DNA from: a virus
Taxonomy: Duplodnaviria > Caudoviricetes
Virus record (IMG/VR): IMGVR_UViG_3300046724_000355
Coordinates: 1-61,057 of that record
DNA: 61,057 nt
Strand: one strand, 5' to 3'
Positions 21,410-32,053 of the stretch are shown in pieces; the first letter of the stretch is position 1, and every line of letters starts with the position of its first letter. The notes under the pieces are model-generated. The model was not told the origin of the DNA and ran no database searches. It saw nothing but the letters and a program-made list of their open reading frames with translations. The position numbers and the translations under genes are program-made.

Positions 21410-22279
21410 ATGCCGACCTATGTGACCAACTCGGATGGCAGTCTGACTTGGACGGGCAGCGTCACGTTCAGTGGCGCGAACGATCCGCTCACCTACGGTG
21501 TCGCGACGCTGACGCTCCTGCCGAGCGGTGGCGTCTCCAACCTGCCTGCCCTGGTGCAGGGCGATCCGGGCTTGTCCCCGACCTTGCGCAATGTCAACAT
21601 GACGCAAGTCGCTTACGGCACAACAGCACCCGCATCGACGTGGACGCTCGTCACACCGGGAACGTCGACCGTCGCACCGGTCTACGACTTGAATTTGTAC
21701 GTCAACTCCGGCCAAATCGGCGCGACGGGGTCGAGCACGAATATCAGCTCCGCGCCGGACGTCGAGGGCGGTCCGCCTGGATCCGGCACCGACGGGTACA
21801 CCCTGTACTGGGTCAACGCCGATTCGAAATGGAAGATCTCGCCGGCCAAGCGGACCGCGTACCCGTTCACGGTGCTGAATTCGTCGTTCTCGGCGGCCTA
21901 CAACGGCAATGCCGGGCAGTACATCGTCGCCTCGGTCGGTGTGCCCGCACAGCCGTACGCCTGGCGGCCGAAGGTGCACGCCGCGATGTACGCGACCGGC
22001 ACCGTCAACACGCACGTGGATTTGGTTGCGCGCCTGAACAATGCGACGACCGGCGACCAAGTCGGATATGGGCTCGGGTCGACCGGTGTCGGACCGTATC
22101 CGATCGTGTTGCAGAGCGCTTTCGGTGCGTCGGTGGCCGGCACCTCCACCTACGGGCAGGTGGCCGCGGGTAGTTCAGCGACGATTTTCCTTGTCGCGCA
22201 ACAGACCGCCTCCACCACCGACAACTGGCAGACGCTGAATACCAACGCGTATTTCACCGTGGAAGCCGTGCCTTCGTAA
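21410..22279 (+). CDS. Minor tail protein
   Basis: QGDPG, PAQPYAWRP motifs; gene order. Confidence 0.8.
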   Translation: MPTYVTNSDGSLTWTGSVTFSGANDPLTYGVATLTLLPSGGVSNLPALVQGDPGLSPTLRNVNMTQVAYGTTAPASTWTLVTPGTSTVAPVYDLNLYVNSGQIGATGSSTNISSAPDVEGGPPGSGTDGYTLYWVNADSKWKISPAKRTAYPFTVLNSSFSAAYNGNAGQYIVASVGVPAQPYAWRPKVHAAMYATGTVNTHVDLVARLNNATTGDQVGYGLGSTGVGPYPIVLQSAFGASVAGTSTYGQVAAGSSATIFLVAQQTASTTDNWQTLNTNAYFTVEAVPS

Positions 22280-23364
22280 TGGCGTTGACCGGGCAGTTCG
22301 TCAACGCCTTCGGGCAAGGTCTGTTCGACCTGATCGGCGCCAAAATCTGTGACGTCATCACCGGCGCGACGGGTGGATGGATCAATTTGTCCGGGTGGTC
22401 GGCGTCGTTGCGGGCCGACGCGACGAACGCGATCAACAACGCCGCCACCGCCCAATTCGCGGCCAACTCCGCGCAGGCCAGCGCGAACACGGCTCAAACC
22501 TCGGCGAATGGTGCGCAGTCGACGGCGAACGCCGCCCAGGCCGCGGCGAAGAACTTCGGCAACGCCAGCGTCACAACGTCCGTCATTAACGGCCAAACGG
22601 TTGTCAGAGCCACATACGCCTCGAGCTCGACCTGGACGATGCCGACCCCGCCGTCGGGTCAGAGCATCCAGCGCATCGGAGTGGCCTGCATCAACGGCGG
22701 CAACGGCGGCACCGGTGCTCCCACTGTTCCCGCAGATGGGTCCGAAGGTGGCCTGGGGGGCGGATATACGTATCGCGAGTACTCCGCTGCGACGGTCTCA
22801 GCGCTCGGGTCGCCGGTCACGGTCACCATCGGCGCGGGAGGCAGCGGAGGCAACGCGACCAATTCCGGTGTTGGACAGCCCGGCGGCGTCTCCAGTTTCG
22901 GGTCACTGCTCAACGGCAACGCCGGGCCCGGCAATGTCCAAACCGCTCAAGGCGCGATCGGAAGTTCCTGCGCACCGGGCCACGGCGGCAGCGGTGGCAG
23001 CGGTGCCTACGGCGGCAGCGGATCCGGTGCCGGATCGGGCATGTCCTCGCCCGGATTTCGGGGAGAGTCCACAGCTCTCGGCACCGGCGGCGCGGGCGGA
23101 GCTGCGCACCAGAACGGATCCAACGCCAGCACCACCGGCACGGACCCTCAGATCGTTTCCGGCGGCGCGGGTGGCGGAGGCGGCGGCGGCAGCCAGGCCA
23201 ACTCCAACAGCATCGGATCGACCAACGTCGGAGGTGGCGGCAACGGGGCGGCCCCGGGCGGTGGCGGCGGCGGATGCGGTGGCGGATACGCAGGGACGGG
23301 CACCTACGGAGCGGGTGGCAACGGCGCCAATGGCGCTGTGGCGGTGTGGGTCTACTACGGATAA
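22279..23364 (+). CDS. Glycine-rich minor tail protein
   Basis: VTVTIGAGG..GGVSSFG..GGNGANG glycine-rich domain. Confidence 0.8.
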   Translation: MALTGQFVNAFGQGLFDLIGAKICDVITGATGGWINLSGWSASLRADATNAINNAATAQFAANSAQASANTAQTSANGAQSTANAAQAAAKNFGNASVTTSVINGQTVVRATYASSSTWTMPTPPSGQSIQRIGVACINGGNGGTGAPTVPADGSEGGLGGGYTYREYSAATVSALGSPVTVTIGAGGSGGNATNSGVGQPGGVSSFGSLLNGNAGPGNVQTAQGAIGSSCAPGHGGSGGSGAYGGSGSGAGSGMSSPGFRGESTALGTGGAGGAAHQNGSNASTTGTDPQIVSGGAGGGGGGGSQANSNSIGSTNVGGGGNGAAPGGGGGGCGGGYAGTGTYGAGGNGANGAVAVWVYYG

Positions 23365-23374
23365 AGGGAAGCCG

Positions 23375-23653
23375 ATGATCGCGACTCTCGAACATGAGAA
23401 CCACATCTCGTGGGTCTCGACCGAAACCAACATCTACCGCCTCGACGAGCCCTATCAGGGACACGACCACATCGCCGTATCCCGGCATGAAGTCGAGTAC
23501 GGACAGTGGCAGAACGCGGGCACCGAGATCATCGGCTGCCTCCAGGACGGCTCCATCGACGGCGACGAAGTGATCGCCGTCTACCAAACCTATGAGCCGC
23601 TGACCTTCGCCGAGGCGCTCGCCCGTATCGGCTACTCGCTCGAGGAGAAGTAA
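23375..23653 (+). CDS. Hypothetical protein
   Basis: AAGGGAAG RBS; YRLDEP...EALARIGY; common before actinophage lysins. Confidence 0.75.
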   Translation: MIATLEHENHISWVSTETNIYRLDEPYQGHDHIAVSRHEVEYGQWQNAGTEIIGCLQDGSIDGDEVIAVYQTYEPLTFAEALARIGYSLEEK

Positions 23654-24519
23654 TGGGATTCATGAGGCTCGGTCTGGACTACGCCGGAGGCTATCCGGGT
23701 GCGGCAGCGATCCGCGCCGTGGGCTACAACTTCGTGGTCCGCTATCTGTCCGACGGCGGCCCCGGCCTGCCCGGCAAGCTCCTCACCCCCGAGGAAGCCG
23801 ACGAGTTGCGTGCCGCCGATATCGACATCGTCTCGAACTGGGAAACCACCGCGGAGCGGATGCTCGACGGCTATGACGCGGGTGTGGCGGACGCCGAGGC
23901 CGCGCAAGCGCGAGTGTTGCTGTGCGGCGGCTCGGTCGACCGGCCGATCTACTTCTCCGCCGACTTCGATGCCGCCCCTGAGCAGCAGGCCGCGATCGAT
24001 GCCTACCTGCGTGGTGCCGGATCGGTGTTGCTGCAAGCGAATGTCGGCATCTACGGCGGCTATTGGCCCGTCTCGCGTGCGCTCGACAACGGGGCCGCGA
24101 ACTGGGCGTGGCAGACCGATGCTTGGTCCGGCGGCAATATCGATCCGCGGATCAACTTGCACCAGCGCATCGGGATCCAGAACATCAACGGCGTCGAGTG
24201 CGACATCAACGAGGCTCTCACACCGGATTTCGGCCAATGGTCGGCACCCACAACACCTCCTGGAGGCGACATGCAACTCACGGACACCTGGGCAGACGCC
24301 TACGGGAACCAAATCTGCGTCGGCGACTATCTGAAGTGGATGTCGCTGCATCTCGACGAGACCCTCGACGCGTTGGCCGGTCCCGGATCCCGCAACCTAC
24401 TGCCCCCGATGAAGTCGACCGGCCATGCCTGTCTCGGCGGCCACGACATCGTGACCGCGCTCGCGATGATCGGCCAAAAGCTAGCCATCCCCGGTTTCGA
24501 TCCATCGAAGGCGGAGTGA
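23653..24519 (+). CDS. lysA: Endolysin, DUF1906 (GH25-like) glycoside hydrolase
   Basis: GLDY, FVVRYLS, PIYFSADFD, GIYGG, WQTDAWSGG motifs. Confidence 0.88.
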   Translation: MGFMRLGLDYAGGYPGAAAIRAVGYNFVVRYLSDGGPGLPGKLLTPEEADELRAADIDIVSNWETTAERMLDGYDAGVADAEAAQARVLLCGGSVDRPIYFSADFDAAPEQQAAIDAYLRGAGSVLLQANVGIYGGYWPVSRALDNGAANWAWQTDAWSGGNIDPRINLHQRIGIQNINGVECDINEALTPDFGQWSAPTTPPGGDMQLTDTWADAYGNQICVGDYLKWMSLHLDETLDALAGPGSRNLLPPMKSTGHACLGGHDIVTALAMIGQKLAIPGFDPSKAE

Positions 24520-24779
24520 TGAACAGACTCATGGAACTACTGGATTCCGAACCGGTCCTCACCCGCGTCGGCCCTGTAGTGGGGGCGATCGTGGTGTATC
24601 TGGTCGCCAAGGGCCTCATCGACCAGGACACGGCGAACCTGTTCGTCGGGTTGGCGGTCGCGGTGGTCGGCAGTGGTGCCGCGTTCGGCGCCCGCGCGCT
24701 GGTGACGCCCTGGCCACCGAAACCGGAACCGCAGAAACCGGAGTCGGATTCCGATCCTGTCGATGATCGGCATGTGTAG
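24519..24779 (+). CDS. Holin (2 TM)
   Basis: EPV...ARALVTP motif; two hydrophobic helices; follows lysin. Confidence 0.8.
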   Translation: MNRLMELLDSEPVLTRVGPVVGAIVVYLVAKGLIDQDTANLFVGLAVAVVGSGAAFGARALVTPWPPKPEPQKPESDSDPVDDRHV

Positions 24780-25117
24780 TGCTGCAGAACGTCCTGTCCG
24801 CGCTGCCTTGGTCGACGATCACCCCCGTCGGGCTGTCCGTCTCGTTCGCATGGGTGGTCATCAAAGGCCTTCTGATCCCGCGGTCGTGGGTCGACAAGTC
24901 CGCAGCGGACCAGGATTCACGCATCGAGTTCCTCGAGAACGCCAACACCGCGCAGAGGGCCACTATCGATAGCCTCGTCCAGCAGAACGCTGAACTGTCG
25001 GCATCTGGACGATTGTCGGTCGCGCTCCTGCAATCGCTGCAAGCCCTCAGCACCAATCACGCGGCGGGCAGCATCGAACCAGGGAGCGGCCATGTGGCCT
25101 CGCCGTCGATCGACTGA
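24779..25117 (+). CDS. Lysis-cassette membrane protein
   Basis: N-terminal TM, GLLIPR, coiled coil. Confidence 0.75.
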   Translation: MLQNVLSALPWSTITPVGLSVSFAWVVIKGLLIPRSWVDKSAADQDSRIEFLENANTAQRATIDSLVQQNAELSASGRLSVALLQSLQALSTNHAAGSIEPGSGHVASPSID

Positions 25118-25307
25118 CGCTAGCGAATCCGATGACCTGCGACGTGCCCGCAAGGATGCCGAGCGCGCCGAGGCCGAACGGCTACGGGTCGAATCGGGCA
25201 TGCCCGAAGCTCGAGCGATCGGCGACACCATTCGTAATGCTCTGGACCGCAACCACTTCGGTGAGTCGATCGAGCGTGCTCTAGCCCGGAGAGGACGCCC
25301 ACTATGA
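25092..25307 (+). CDS. Lysis-cassette small protein
   Basis: MWPRRR...RNHFGESI pattern common in actinophage lysis cassettes. Confidence 0.7.
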   Translation: MWPRRRSTDASESDDLRRARKDAERAEAERLRVESGMPEARAIGDTIRNALDRNHFGESIERALARRGRPL

Positions 25308-25681
25308 ATATTCGTAAACGCACCGCCATCCTCGCGGCGGCCACTGCGGTCAACGCGGGGATCATTGTCACCGCATACCCGAATCTGAATTCCGCCGCCA
25401 ACGTGTTCCTGCTGGTCCTCACCATCAAGTCCTGGATCTTCGTCTCCTTGTACGCATTTCGCTCCAACTGGACCGCCACAGCACCGGGCCGCGCGGTGAT
25501 GCGGCTGATGTTCTGCATCGCCGTGTTGTGTACGCAGGGCACCGCGACGTTGTACTTCGGTGCCGACTATTTCGGCCGCGCGTTCGTTCGGGTGGCCCTC
25601 ATCGGATTCATCACCCTCGCGGTGCTGGATCTACTGCTCACCCTTGTTGCCGTTCAACGCACTGGAGGAGATACCCCGTGA
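25304..25681 (+). CDS. Multi-pass membrane protein (putative second holin)
   Basis: About 4 TM helices; W..TAPGRAVM. Confidence 0.75.
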   Translation: MNIRKRTAILAAATAVNAGIIVTAYPNLNSAANVFLLVLTIKSWIFVSLYAFRSNWTATAPGRAVMRLMFCIAVLCTQGTATLYFGADYFGRAFVRVALIGFITLAVLDLLLTLVAVQRTGGDTP

Positions 25682-28668
25682 GCATCCCTTCCGGTGTGAC
25701 CACTGTGCAGGTGTGCGCGCTGCCGTCGACCGATAACGCGGTCGTGTCTGCGACCGTCACGGTCACGCCGTCGCAGGATCTGGTGTGGTCGGCGACCGGG
25801 CAGCGACTCGCATCGATGTGCAACGTCTTCCCCGCCATGGGCTGGGTGACATTGCCGGCCGTGGATCAGGCCGGATTCACCACACCCGACACGCATGCCG
25901 GGGTGACGGGGTGGACGTATCTGGTCACGGTGTCGTGGGTGGAGGAGAGCGGGGCGAGCCACCAGGAGAGCGGGTCGATCCAGGTCTTCAGCAACACCAC
26001 GAACGCCTACGTCGTCGGCACCTCCGGCTCACTGACCGCGGCACCGAATTACCCCATCGGCGGCATCGCACTTAGCGGGTGGGTCGATACGTACGCGCAC
26101 CTTCCGACCGGCCTCGGAGCCTCTGCGGCCGGTAAGGCTTACATGGTGCAAGCCGATCAGCGCATGTATGTGTGGTCGGGCAGCGCCTGGCCAGCGTCAG
26201 GGCAGGGATTCGCCGCCTCCGGCCCGGCGGGCTCGACTGGCGCGACAGGGCCCGCAGGACCGGCGAATTCACTGGCGGTCGGGACCGTGCAGACCGGATC
26301 ACCAATCTCGGTCACGATCACCGGCACCGCACCCACACAAACGATCAACTTCACGTTGCCGGAAGGGCATTGGTGGACGGGATCCGGTGCGCCCGGCACG
26401 ATCTCGGCCGCAATTTCGGGCGACTTGTATTTGGACACCTCCGGCACCGGCAACGTTTACCAGTTGCAGACGAGCACATGGGTGCTGCAAGGGTCGCTAC
26501 TCGGGCCGACCGGCGCAACCGGTGCCACCGGCTCGACAGGTGCCACCGGTTCCACGGGTGCGACGGGCCAGCGCGGATCCAAATGGTTCTCGGGATCCGG
26601 TGCGCCCGGCACGGTTTCGGGCTCGCTGTCCGGTGACCTGTACATCGACACGGGCGGCACCGGAAACTTCTACAGCTATAACGGAACGTCCTGGTCACTG
26701 CTCGGCACCTTGATCGGCCCGACTGGCGCGACGGGTGCGACCGGCGCCACCGGGGCCACTGGAGCGCGCGGAAGTGACTGGTTCACGGGCTCAGGTGCAC
26801 CGGGCACCGTGACCGGCTCGGCCAATGGCGACTTTTACCTCGACTCGGCGAGTGGCACCTTCTACAAGTACAACGGCACCTCTTGGACGTCTCAGGGATC
26901 GCTGCTCGGCCCCACAGGATCGACAGGCGCGACCGGCGCTTCCTCGACGTGGCGCGTCGGATCCGGTGTCCCGTCGTCGGGGCTCGGCACCAACGGCGAC
27001 ATGTACCTGAACACGGCGACCGGAGATATCTACGGCCCCAAAGCGTCCGGGGCGTGGGGCTCGATCGTGGAGAACATCGTCGGCCCCGGCGCGGTCGCGG
27101 CGACCACCACCAGCACCGGCCTCATCCAGCTGGCGGGCATCCTCGCGGGCACCGCGACGTCTCCCACCTTCAACGCTGCCGCGTTTGGCACCACGTCCAC
27201 GACGGCCGCCGCCGGCAACGACTCCCGCATCGTCGGTGCCGCACCCGCAGCAAGCCCCACCCTGACCGGCACCATCACCCTCAACGGCACTCCCGCCGGT
27301 ACCGGTGTCGCCACTGCCGCGACCGCGAGCACGCTCGCTTTGCGCGACGCCAACGGGAACTTGGCGTCGGCCAACATGCTCGAAGGCTATTCCACGACGG
27401 CCACCGCGGCAGGCACGACGACGCTGACGGTGTCGAGCAACGGGCTGCAGTACTTCACCGGAACGACCACCCAAACCGTCACTCTGCCAGTGGCTTCCAC
27501 CCTGGCGCTGGGGCAGTCGTGGATCCTCGTCAACAACAGCACCGGTGCCGTGACCGTGCAGTCCTCGGGCGCGAACACAGTGGTGACGCTGCCCGGCGGT
27601 TCGCAGTCGACCGTGACCTGCATTCTGACGTCCGGCACCACCGCCGCGTCATGGTCGGCGTCCGCACCTTATGCGCCGTTGGCATCCCCGGCATTCACAG
27701 GTACCCCAGCCGCGCTGACGCCGACGGCCGGCGACAGCAGCACGAAGCTCGCCACTACCGCGTTCGTCGCCACATCCTTCGCCCCGTTGGCCAGCCCCGC
27801 GCTGACGGGCAACCCTACCGCCCCGACACAGACCGCGGGCGACTCCAGCACGAAGCTGGCGACGACTTCGTTCGTAGCGACGTCGTTCGCGCCATTGGCG
27901 AGTCCCACGTTGACCGGCACTCCGGCCGCACCCACCGCATCGTCGGGAACCAGTACAACTCAACTCGCGACCACCGCGTTCGTGCAGACTGCAGCGCAGA
28001 TCACCGGCGGCACCGTCGCCATGCAAGGTTCGAAGACCAGCGCCTACACCGCGGTTGCAGGCGACTTCGTGCCATGCAGCGCTTCGGGTGGCGCGTTCAC
28101 CGTGACGCTGCCATCCGCACCGAGCGCCGGCACCCGAGTCACGGTGATGAAAACCGACACCTCGACGAACGCGGTCACCGTCTCGCGTGGCGGCACGGAT
28201 GTCATCAACGTCTCCGGCAACAACACCGTCGCCGTGGCCAACTATCTCGGCGTCGTCACTCTCGAATACAGCTCGGGTATCTGGTACAACCAGGAGTCCA
28301 GCGCCCCAGCGCATTTCACCTATGCGGTTCAAAGTGGAACCAGGGCCACCGGCTACGGAGACCTACCGGAGGGCGTCTACGTGCCGCAGGCAATGGAATT
28401 GCAGGCAGTGCAGTTCCGGATCGGCACCGGCGATGCCAGCGGGACCAGCGCGGCCGGGATCTACACCAATACCACGAACGCCTCGACTGGCAGCGCCCTC
28501 TCGGGTGCTTCGGTCAGCTCGGCCGCTTGGAACACGGCGAACACGAAAACATTGGTCACAGGGCCATGGGCGATCGCTGCTGGGACGTTCTTGCAATGCA
28601 ACGTCACCGGCGTCGGCACCACACCCGGCAGTCGGCTCTCGGTCGACTTCATTGGTGTGTGGCTCTGA
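25678..28668 (+). CDS. Tail fibre/adhesin with collagen-like and repeat modules
   Basis: GGAGGAG RBS, GTG at 25678; (GAT)n triplets, 4x W.TGSGAP..GD.YL, 3x APLASP..TG.P...LATT.FV. Confidence 0.88.
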   Translation: MSIPSGVTTVQVCALPSTDNAVVSATVTVTPSQDLVWSATGQRLASMCNVFPAMGWVTLPAVDQAGFTTPDTHAGVTGWTYLVTVSWVEESGASHQESGSIQVFSNTTNAYVVGTSGSLTAAPNYPIGGIALSGWVDTYAHLPTGLGASAAGKAYMVQADQRMYVWSGSAWPASGQGFAASGPAGSTGATGPAGPANSLAVGTVQTGSPISVTITGTAPTQTINFTLPEGHWWTGSGAPGTISAAISGDLYLDTSGTGNVYQLQTSTWVLQGSLLGPTGATGATGSTGATGSTGATGQRGSKWFSGSGAPGTVSGSLSGDLYIDTGGTGNFYSYNGTSWSLLGTLIGPTGATGATGATGATGARGSDWFTGSGAPGTVTGSANGDFYLDSASGTFYKYNGTSWTSQGSLLGPTGSTGATGASSTWRVGSGVPSSGLGTNGDMYLNTATGDIYGPKASGAWGSIVENIVGPGAVAATTTSTGLIQLAGILAGTATSPTFNAAAFGTTSTTAAAGNDSRIVGAAPAASPTLTGTITLNGTPAGTGVATAATASTLALRDANGNLASANMLEGYSTTATAAGTTTLTVSSNGLQYFTGTTTQTVTLPVASTLALGQSWILVNNSTGAVTVQSSGANTVVTLPGGSQSTVTCILTSGTTAASWSASAPYAPLASPAFTGTPAALTPTAGDSSTKLATTAFVATSFAPLASPALTGNPTAPTQTAGDSSTKLATTSFVATSFAPLASPTLTGTPAAPTASSGTSTTQLATTAFVQTAAQITGGTVAMQGSKTSAYTAVAGDFVPCSASGGAFTVTLPSAPSAGTRVTVMKTDTSTNAVTVSRGGTDVINVSGNNTVAVANYLGVVTLEYSSGIWYNQESSAPAHFTYAVQSGTRATGYGDLPEGVYVPQAMELQAVQFRIGTGDASGTSAAGIYTNTTNASTGSALSGASVSSAAWNTANTKTLVTGPWAIAAGTFLQCNVTGVGTTPGSRLSVDFIGVWL

Positions 28669-29090
28669 TGTTCCTTTTCCGTGCCGCCGCCCTGAACAAG
28701 CCGGCGTCTCAACGCATGACCCTGACGTCGACCTACACGTCGTCCACCACTACCGCGACTCAGGTCACGTCGTGGACGGCGGACGGCTCGTACCCGGCGA
28801 CCAACATTGTTTCGAACGCGCTGGTCGTCGATAAAGCGGGCACGATCAACATCACATCGAACGCGGTGGTGTCGGGAAACTCCCTCGGCGCGACCGTCAC
28901 GGCGTCTCTGCACAAGAACGCCACTTCGATCAGCTCGGCGTCGACGAGCAGCACCGGCACTCTCAATCTCAACGTCAGCGGGGTGGCCGTTTCCCCTGGG
29001 GACACCATCGCCATGTACGTAGGCGAAAGCTTCGGGTCGACCCTGCAGCTGGCCGCCACAACGACGTTCATCACCATCGTGTCCGCATAG
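28668..29090 (+). CDS. Fibre-associated beta-rich protein
   Basis: TGATG coupling; Ser/Thr-rich. Confidence 0.75.
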   Translation: MFLFRAAALNKPASQRMTLTSTYTSSTTTATQVTSWTADGSYPATNIVSNALVVDKAGTINITSNAVVSGNSLGATVTASLHKNATSISSASTSSTGTLNLNVSGVAVSPGDTIAMYVGESFGSTLQLAATTTFITIVSA

Positions 29091-29122
29091 CAAATCGACG
29101 AACACCTACCACGGAGGCGTTC

Positions 29123-29497
29123 ATGACATCCGATCCGATCATCCCGGCCCCACCGGCTCGGTCGCTGCCGCTCCCGTTCGATGGAGATCTGATCGTCGAT
29201 TTCTGCAACCGCGACCCCACCAACTTCACCGCATATCTCGACTACCCGAGTGGGGTCTCCGGCGTCTTCGCGATCTACAGCGACCGCAAAACCCCGGGCA
29301 CTGACCGGATTTCGGTCACGGCCACCCCCAGCGGTGCGCACTGCATCATCAAGGTCGACGCCGCGGCGCTCAATGGGGTGAAGGCCGGAACGTATTGGTC
29401 GTTCCGGCTGATCTATCCCGATGCCGATCTGACCGGCGGATACGACAAAGTCGTGGTGAACGGGCTGATCGTTCGGGCCGATGGGTTGGGCTCGTGA
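29123..29497 (+). CDS. Fibre/baseplate accessory protein
   Basis: GGAGG RBS; Ig-like beta pattern. Confidence 0.7.
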   Translation: MTSDPIIPAPPARSLPLPFDGDLIVDFCNRDPTNFTAYLDYPSGVSGVFAIYSDRKTPGTDRISVTATPSGAHCIIKVDAAALNGVKAGTYWSFRLIYPDADLTGGYDKVVVNGLIVRADGLGS

Positions 29498-29868
29498 CCG
29501 ACGTCGTCATCGAGGTCTTCGTCCCCGACTCAGCGGATATCGAGGCGATCACCGACACCGTCGACCTGACTGCTGATCCGTCCGGCGCGGCCGTCGTCCT
29601 GGTCGCCGCCCCCGGACCGCCCGGACCCCGCGGTGTGCCAGGCAATGGCGCGAGCGTCTACAACGAGCCACCCGGCGGTGCCCGCAATGGGATAAATGCG
29701 ACGTTCACGCTGGCATTCACCCCCGTACCGGGATCGACCGCCGTCTATCGGAATGGACTCCGGGAAATCCCAGGCGTCGGCTACACGCAGAGCGGAACAA
29801 CCCTCGTCTTCGCCACCGCTCCACTCGCTGACGATGTATTAACCGTGGACTACCTGATCGGAAGTTGA
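29494..29868 (+). CDS. Fibre-associated protein
   Basis: GTGA coupling; GPPGPRG then a C-terminal domain shared with 29870..31459. Confidence 0.75.
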   Translation: MTDVVIEVFVPDSADIEAITDTVDLTADPSGAAVVLVAAPGPPGPRGVPGNGASVYNEPPGGARNGINATFTLAFTPVPGSTAVYRNGLREIPGVGYTQSGTTLVFATAPLADDVLTVDYLIGS

Positions 29869-29869
29869 T

Positions 29870-31459
29870 ATGACGCAAACGCAGCTCAACGGCGGAACGC
29901 AGATCCGCTCGGGCACCATCACCGACACTCAGATCGCTGCCGGTGCCGCCATTGCGGACAGCAAGCTCGCAACCAGCTATATCAAGACCGACGGGACGCG
30001 CGCCTTCACTGGAGAACAGGCCGGCGTCACCCCCACCTCTTCCTCGAGCCTCGCGACCAAGGGCTATGTCGACTCCGTCGCGCAGGGCCTGGATCCGAAG
30101 CCGTCGGCGCGCGTGGCGACCGCGACCGAAACTCTGACGATCGTCTCGGGGTCGGTCACCCAGATCACGGGCACCACGGTTGACGGTATTTCGCCCGCAG
30201 TAGGTGACTACATCCTGATTCCGAACGCCCCGACATCCACCGGTGCCGCAGGCGGGAGCGCGTTCAGCACGCAGCCCGCGAACGGCTTGTACAAGGTCTC
30301 CGCGAACACGACGAACCTGACGGTCGCCCGCGCACCCGAGCAGTCTGGGACGATCCAGCCCGCCGGAGACTATGTGTTCGTCGAGGCCGGCACCTACGCC
30401 GCCGCCGGCTTCGTAGTCAGCACGCCCTCGTCCACCTCAGGTTTCACCTACGGCACCAGCAATGTCGCGTGGACCCAGTTCAGCGGCGCCGGTGAGATCA
30501 CGGTCGACGCGACACTCGTCAAGACCGGCAATGCACTCAAGCGCGCCCCCCTGACCGGCGATGTCGCCGCCGCCGACGGCTCCAACGCCACCACCATCGC
30601 AGCCGGCGCAGTCACGCTGGCGAAGATGGCGAACCTGGCTGCCAATTCGGTCATCGGCAACCTCACCGGCTCGTCTGCGGTGCCTGCCGCCGTATCTGCC
30701 ACGGCCGCCGCGACCGCTTCCACGGTGGTGACGCGTGATGCGAACGCGAACGTCCGGTTCAACAACGCGATCGAGAACTTTCAGTCGGTCGCGTCCGCTG
30801 CGGGCACGACGACTCTCACCGTCAGCTCGCCGAGAACCACCCAGATCACCGGCGCCACCACGCAAACGGTTGCGCTGCCGGACGCGACGACCCTGGTAGT
30901 CGGGCAGCGATACACGATCACCAACCGCTCGTCCGGCACGGTCACCGTCAACGACGCCAGCTCCACGCTGGTGCAAACTATGGTGTCGGGATCGTTCCTG
31001 ACGGTCACTGTCACCAGCATCGGTTCGGCTGCTGGCGCATGGGATGCCGCCTACACCTCCGCCGGCGGCTCCGGCAGCGTCACTACGGTCAGTGTTGTCA
31101 GCGCCAACGGCTTCACGGGCACGGTGTCGAATGCGTCCACGACTCCGGCGATCACTCTCACGACGTCGGTTACGGGGGTGCTCAAGGGCAATGGGACCGC
31201 AGTCAGCGCCGCGACGGCGAGCACCGACTACATGGCTCCGAGCAGCTTCGTCACCCGGGAAACCCCATCGGGGACCGTGAATGGTTCGAATACTTCCTTT
31301 ACCCTTGCGAATACTCCAATCTCAGGTAGCGAGATGCTCTACGAAAATGGACTCCTCCAGGAGCCCGGAGGGCAGGACTACACAATTTCAGGGACGTCCA
31401 TCACGTTCGCGGTAGCCCCTATCTCCGGGGATCGCATTAGGTGTTCGTACTTCAAGTAG
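29870..31459 (+). CDS. Second fibre/adhesin protein
   Basis: ATKGYVDS..QGLD, WTQFSGAG, LTGDV, GSVTTVSV motifs. Confidence 0.82.
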   Translation: MTQTQLNGGTQIRSGTITDTQIAAGAAIADSKLATSYIKTDGTRAFTGEQAGVTPTSSSSLATKGYVDSVAQGLDPKPSARVATATETLTIVSGSVTQITGTTVDGISPAVGDYILIPNAPTSTGAAGGSAFSTQPANGLYKVSANTTNLTVARAPEQSGTIQPAGDYVFVEAGTYAAAGFVVSTPSSTSGFTYGTSNVAWTQFSGAGEITVDATLVKTGNALKRAPLTGDVAAADGSNATTIAAGAVTLAKMANLAANSVIGNLTGSSAVPAAVSATAAATASTVVTRDANANVRFNNAIENFQSVASAAGTTTLTVSSPRTTQITGATTQTVALPDATTLVVGQRYTITNRSSGTVTVNDASSTLVQTMVSGSFLTVTVTSIGSAAGAWDAAYTSAGGSGSVTTVSVVSANGFTGTVSNASTTPAITLTTSVTGVLKGNGTAVSAATASTDYMAPSSFVTRETPSGTVNGSNTSFTLANTPISGSEMLYENGLLQEPGGQDYTISGTSITFAVAPISGDRIRCSYFK

Positions 31460-31494
31460 CGACGTCGAAGCCCAACCAGCGCAGGGCGGTATAG

Positions 31495-32046
31495 ATGGCT
31501 CGCACGAATATTCGGGGCACCCAGATCGCGGACGGCACAGTCGATCTGACGGTCGACGTTGCCGGTACGCTCCCGGTCGCCAACGGCGGAACAGGTGCGG
31601 TAACGCTGAGCGGCGTGCTCATCGGGAACGCGACATCCGCGGTGTCGGCGGTCGCGGCACCATCAGGCGCGGTGGTGGGCACCACCGACACGCAGACGTT
31701 GACCAACAAGACGATTCAGCCGCGCGTCAACACCACCGCGTCCTCGGCTACCCCGGCTATCAACACCGACACCACGGACCTTTTTACGATCACTGCCCTC
31801 GCGGCGGCGATCACGAGCATGACCTCCGGCCTGACCGGCACCCCGGTCGCCGGGCAACGCCTGATGATCCGCATCAAAGACAATGGGACGGCCAGGGCGA
31901 TCACGTGGGGGACCAGTTTCGTCAGTTCCGGTGTGGCCACACTTCTTTCCACCACGGTGATCAGCAAAACGCACCATATCGGCCTGATCTGGGACGAGGT
32001 CGCAACGAAATGGGTCTGCCTCGCATGCGATGCGGCGGGGTATTGA
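31495..32046 (+). CDS. Fibre-associated protein
   Basis: GTLPVANGGTG, TQTLTNKT, IRIKDNGTARAITW motifs. Confidence 0.78.
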   Translation: MARTNIRGTQIADGTVDLTVDVAGTLPVANGGTGAVTLSGVLIGNATSAVSAVAAPSGAVVGTTDTQTLTNKTIQPRVNTTASSATPAINTDTTDLFTITALAAAITSMTSGLTGTPVAGQRLMIRIKDNGTARAITWGTSFVSSGVATLLSTTVISKTHHIGLIWDEVATKWVCLACDAAGY

Positions 32047-32053
32047 CGTGGTG

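Noticed and set aside
22349-23374. Long N-terminal extensions in the ORF track (also 26883..28667 and 24063..24518)
   Set aside because: Off-frame overlaps of real genes; true starts have RBS or stop-start coupling at 23375, 28668 and 24519
26360-27990. Repeats in the fibre gene considered as a CRISPR array or DGR template/variable pair
   Set aside because: Degenerate protein-level repeats; no cas or reverse transcriptase gene and no obvious adenine-specific variation
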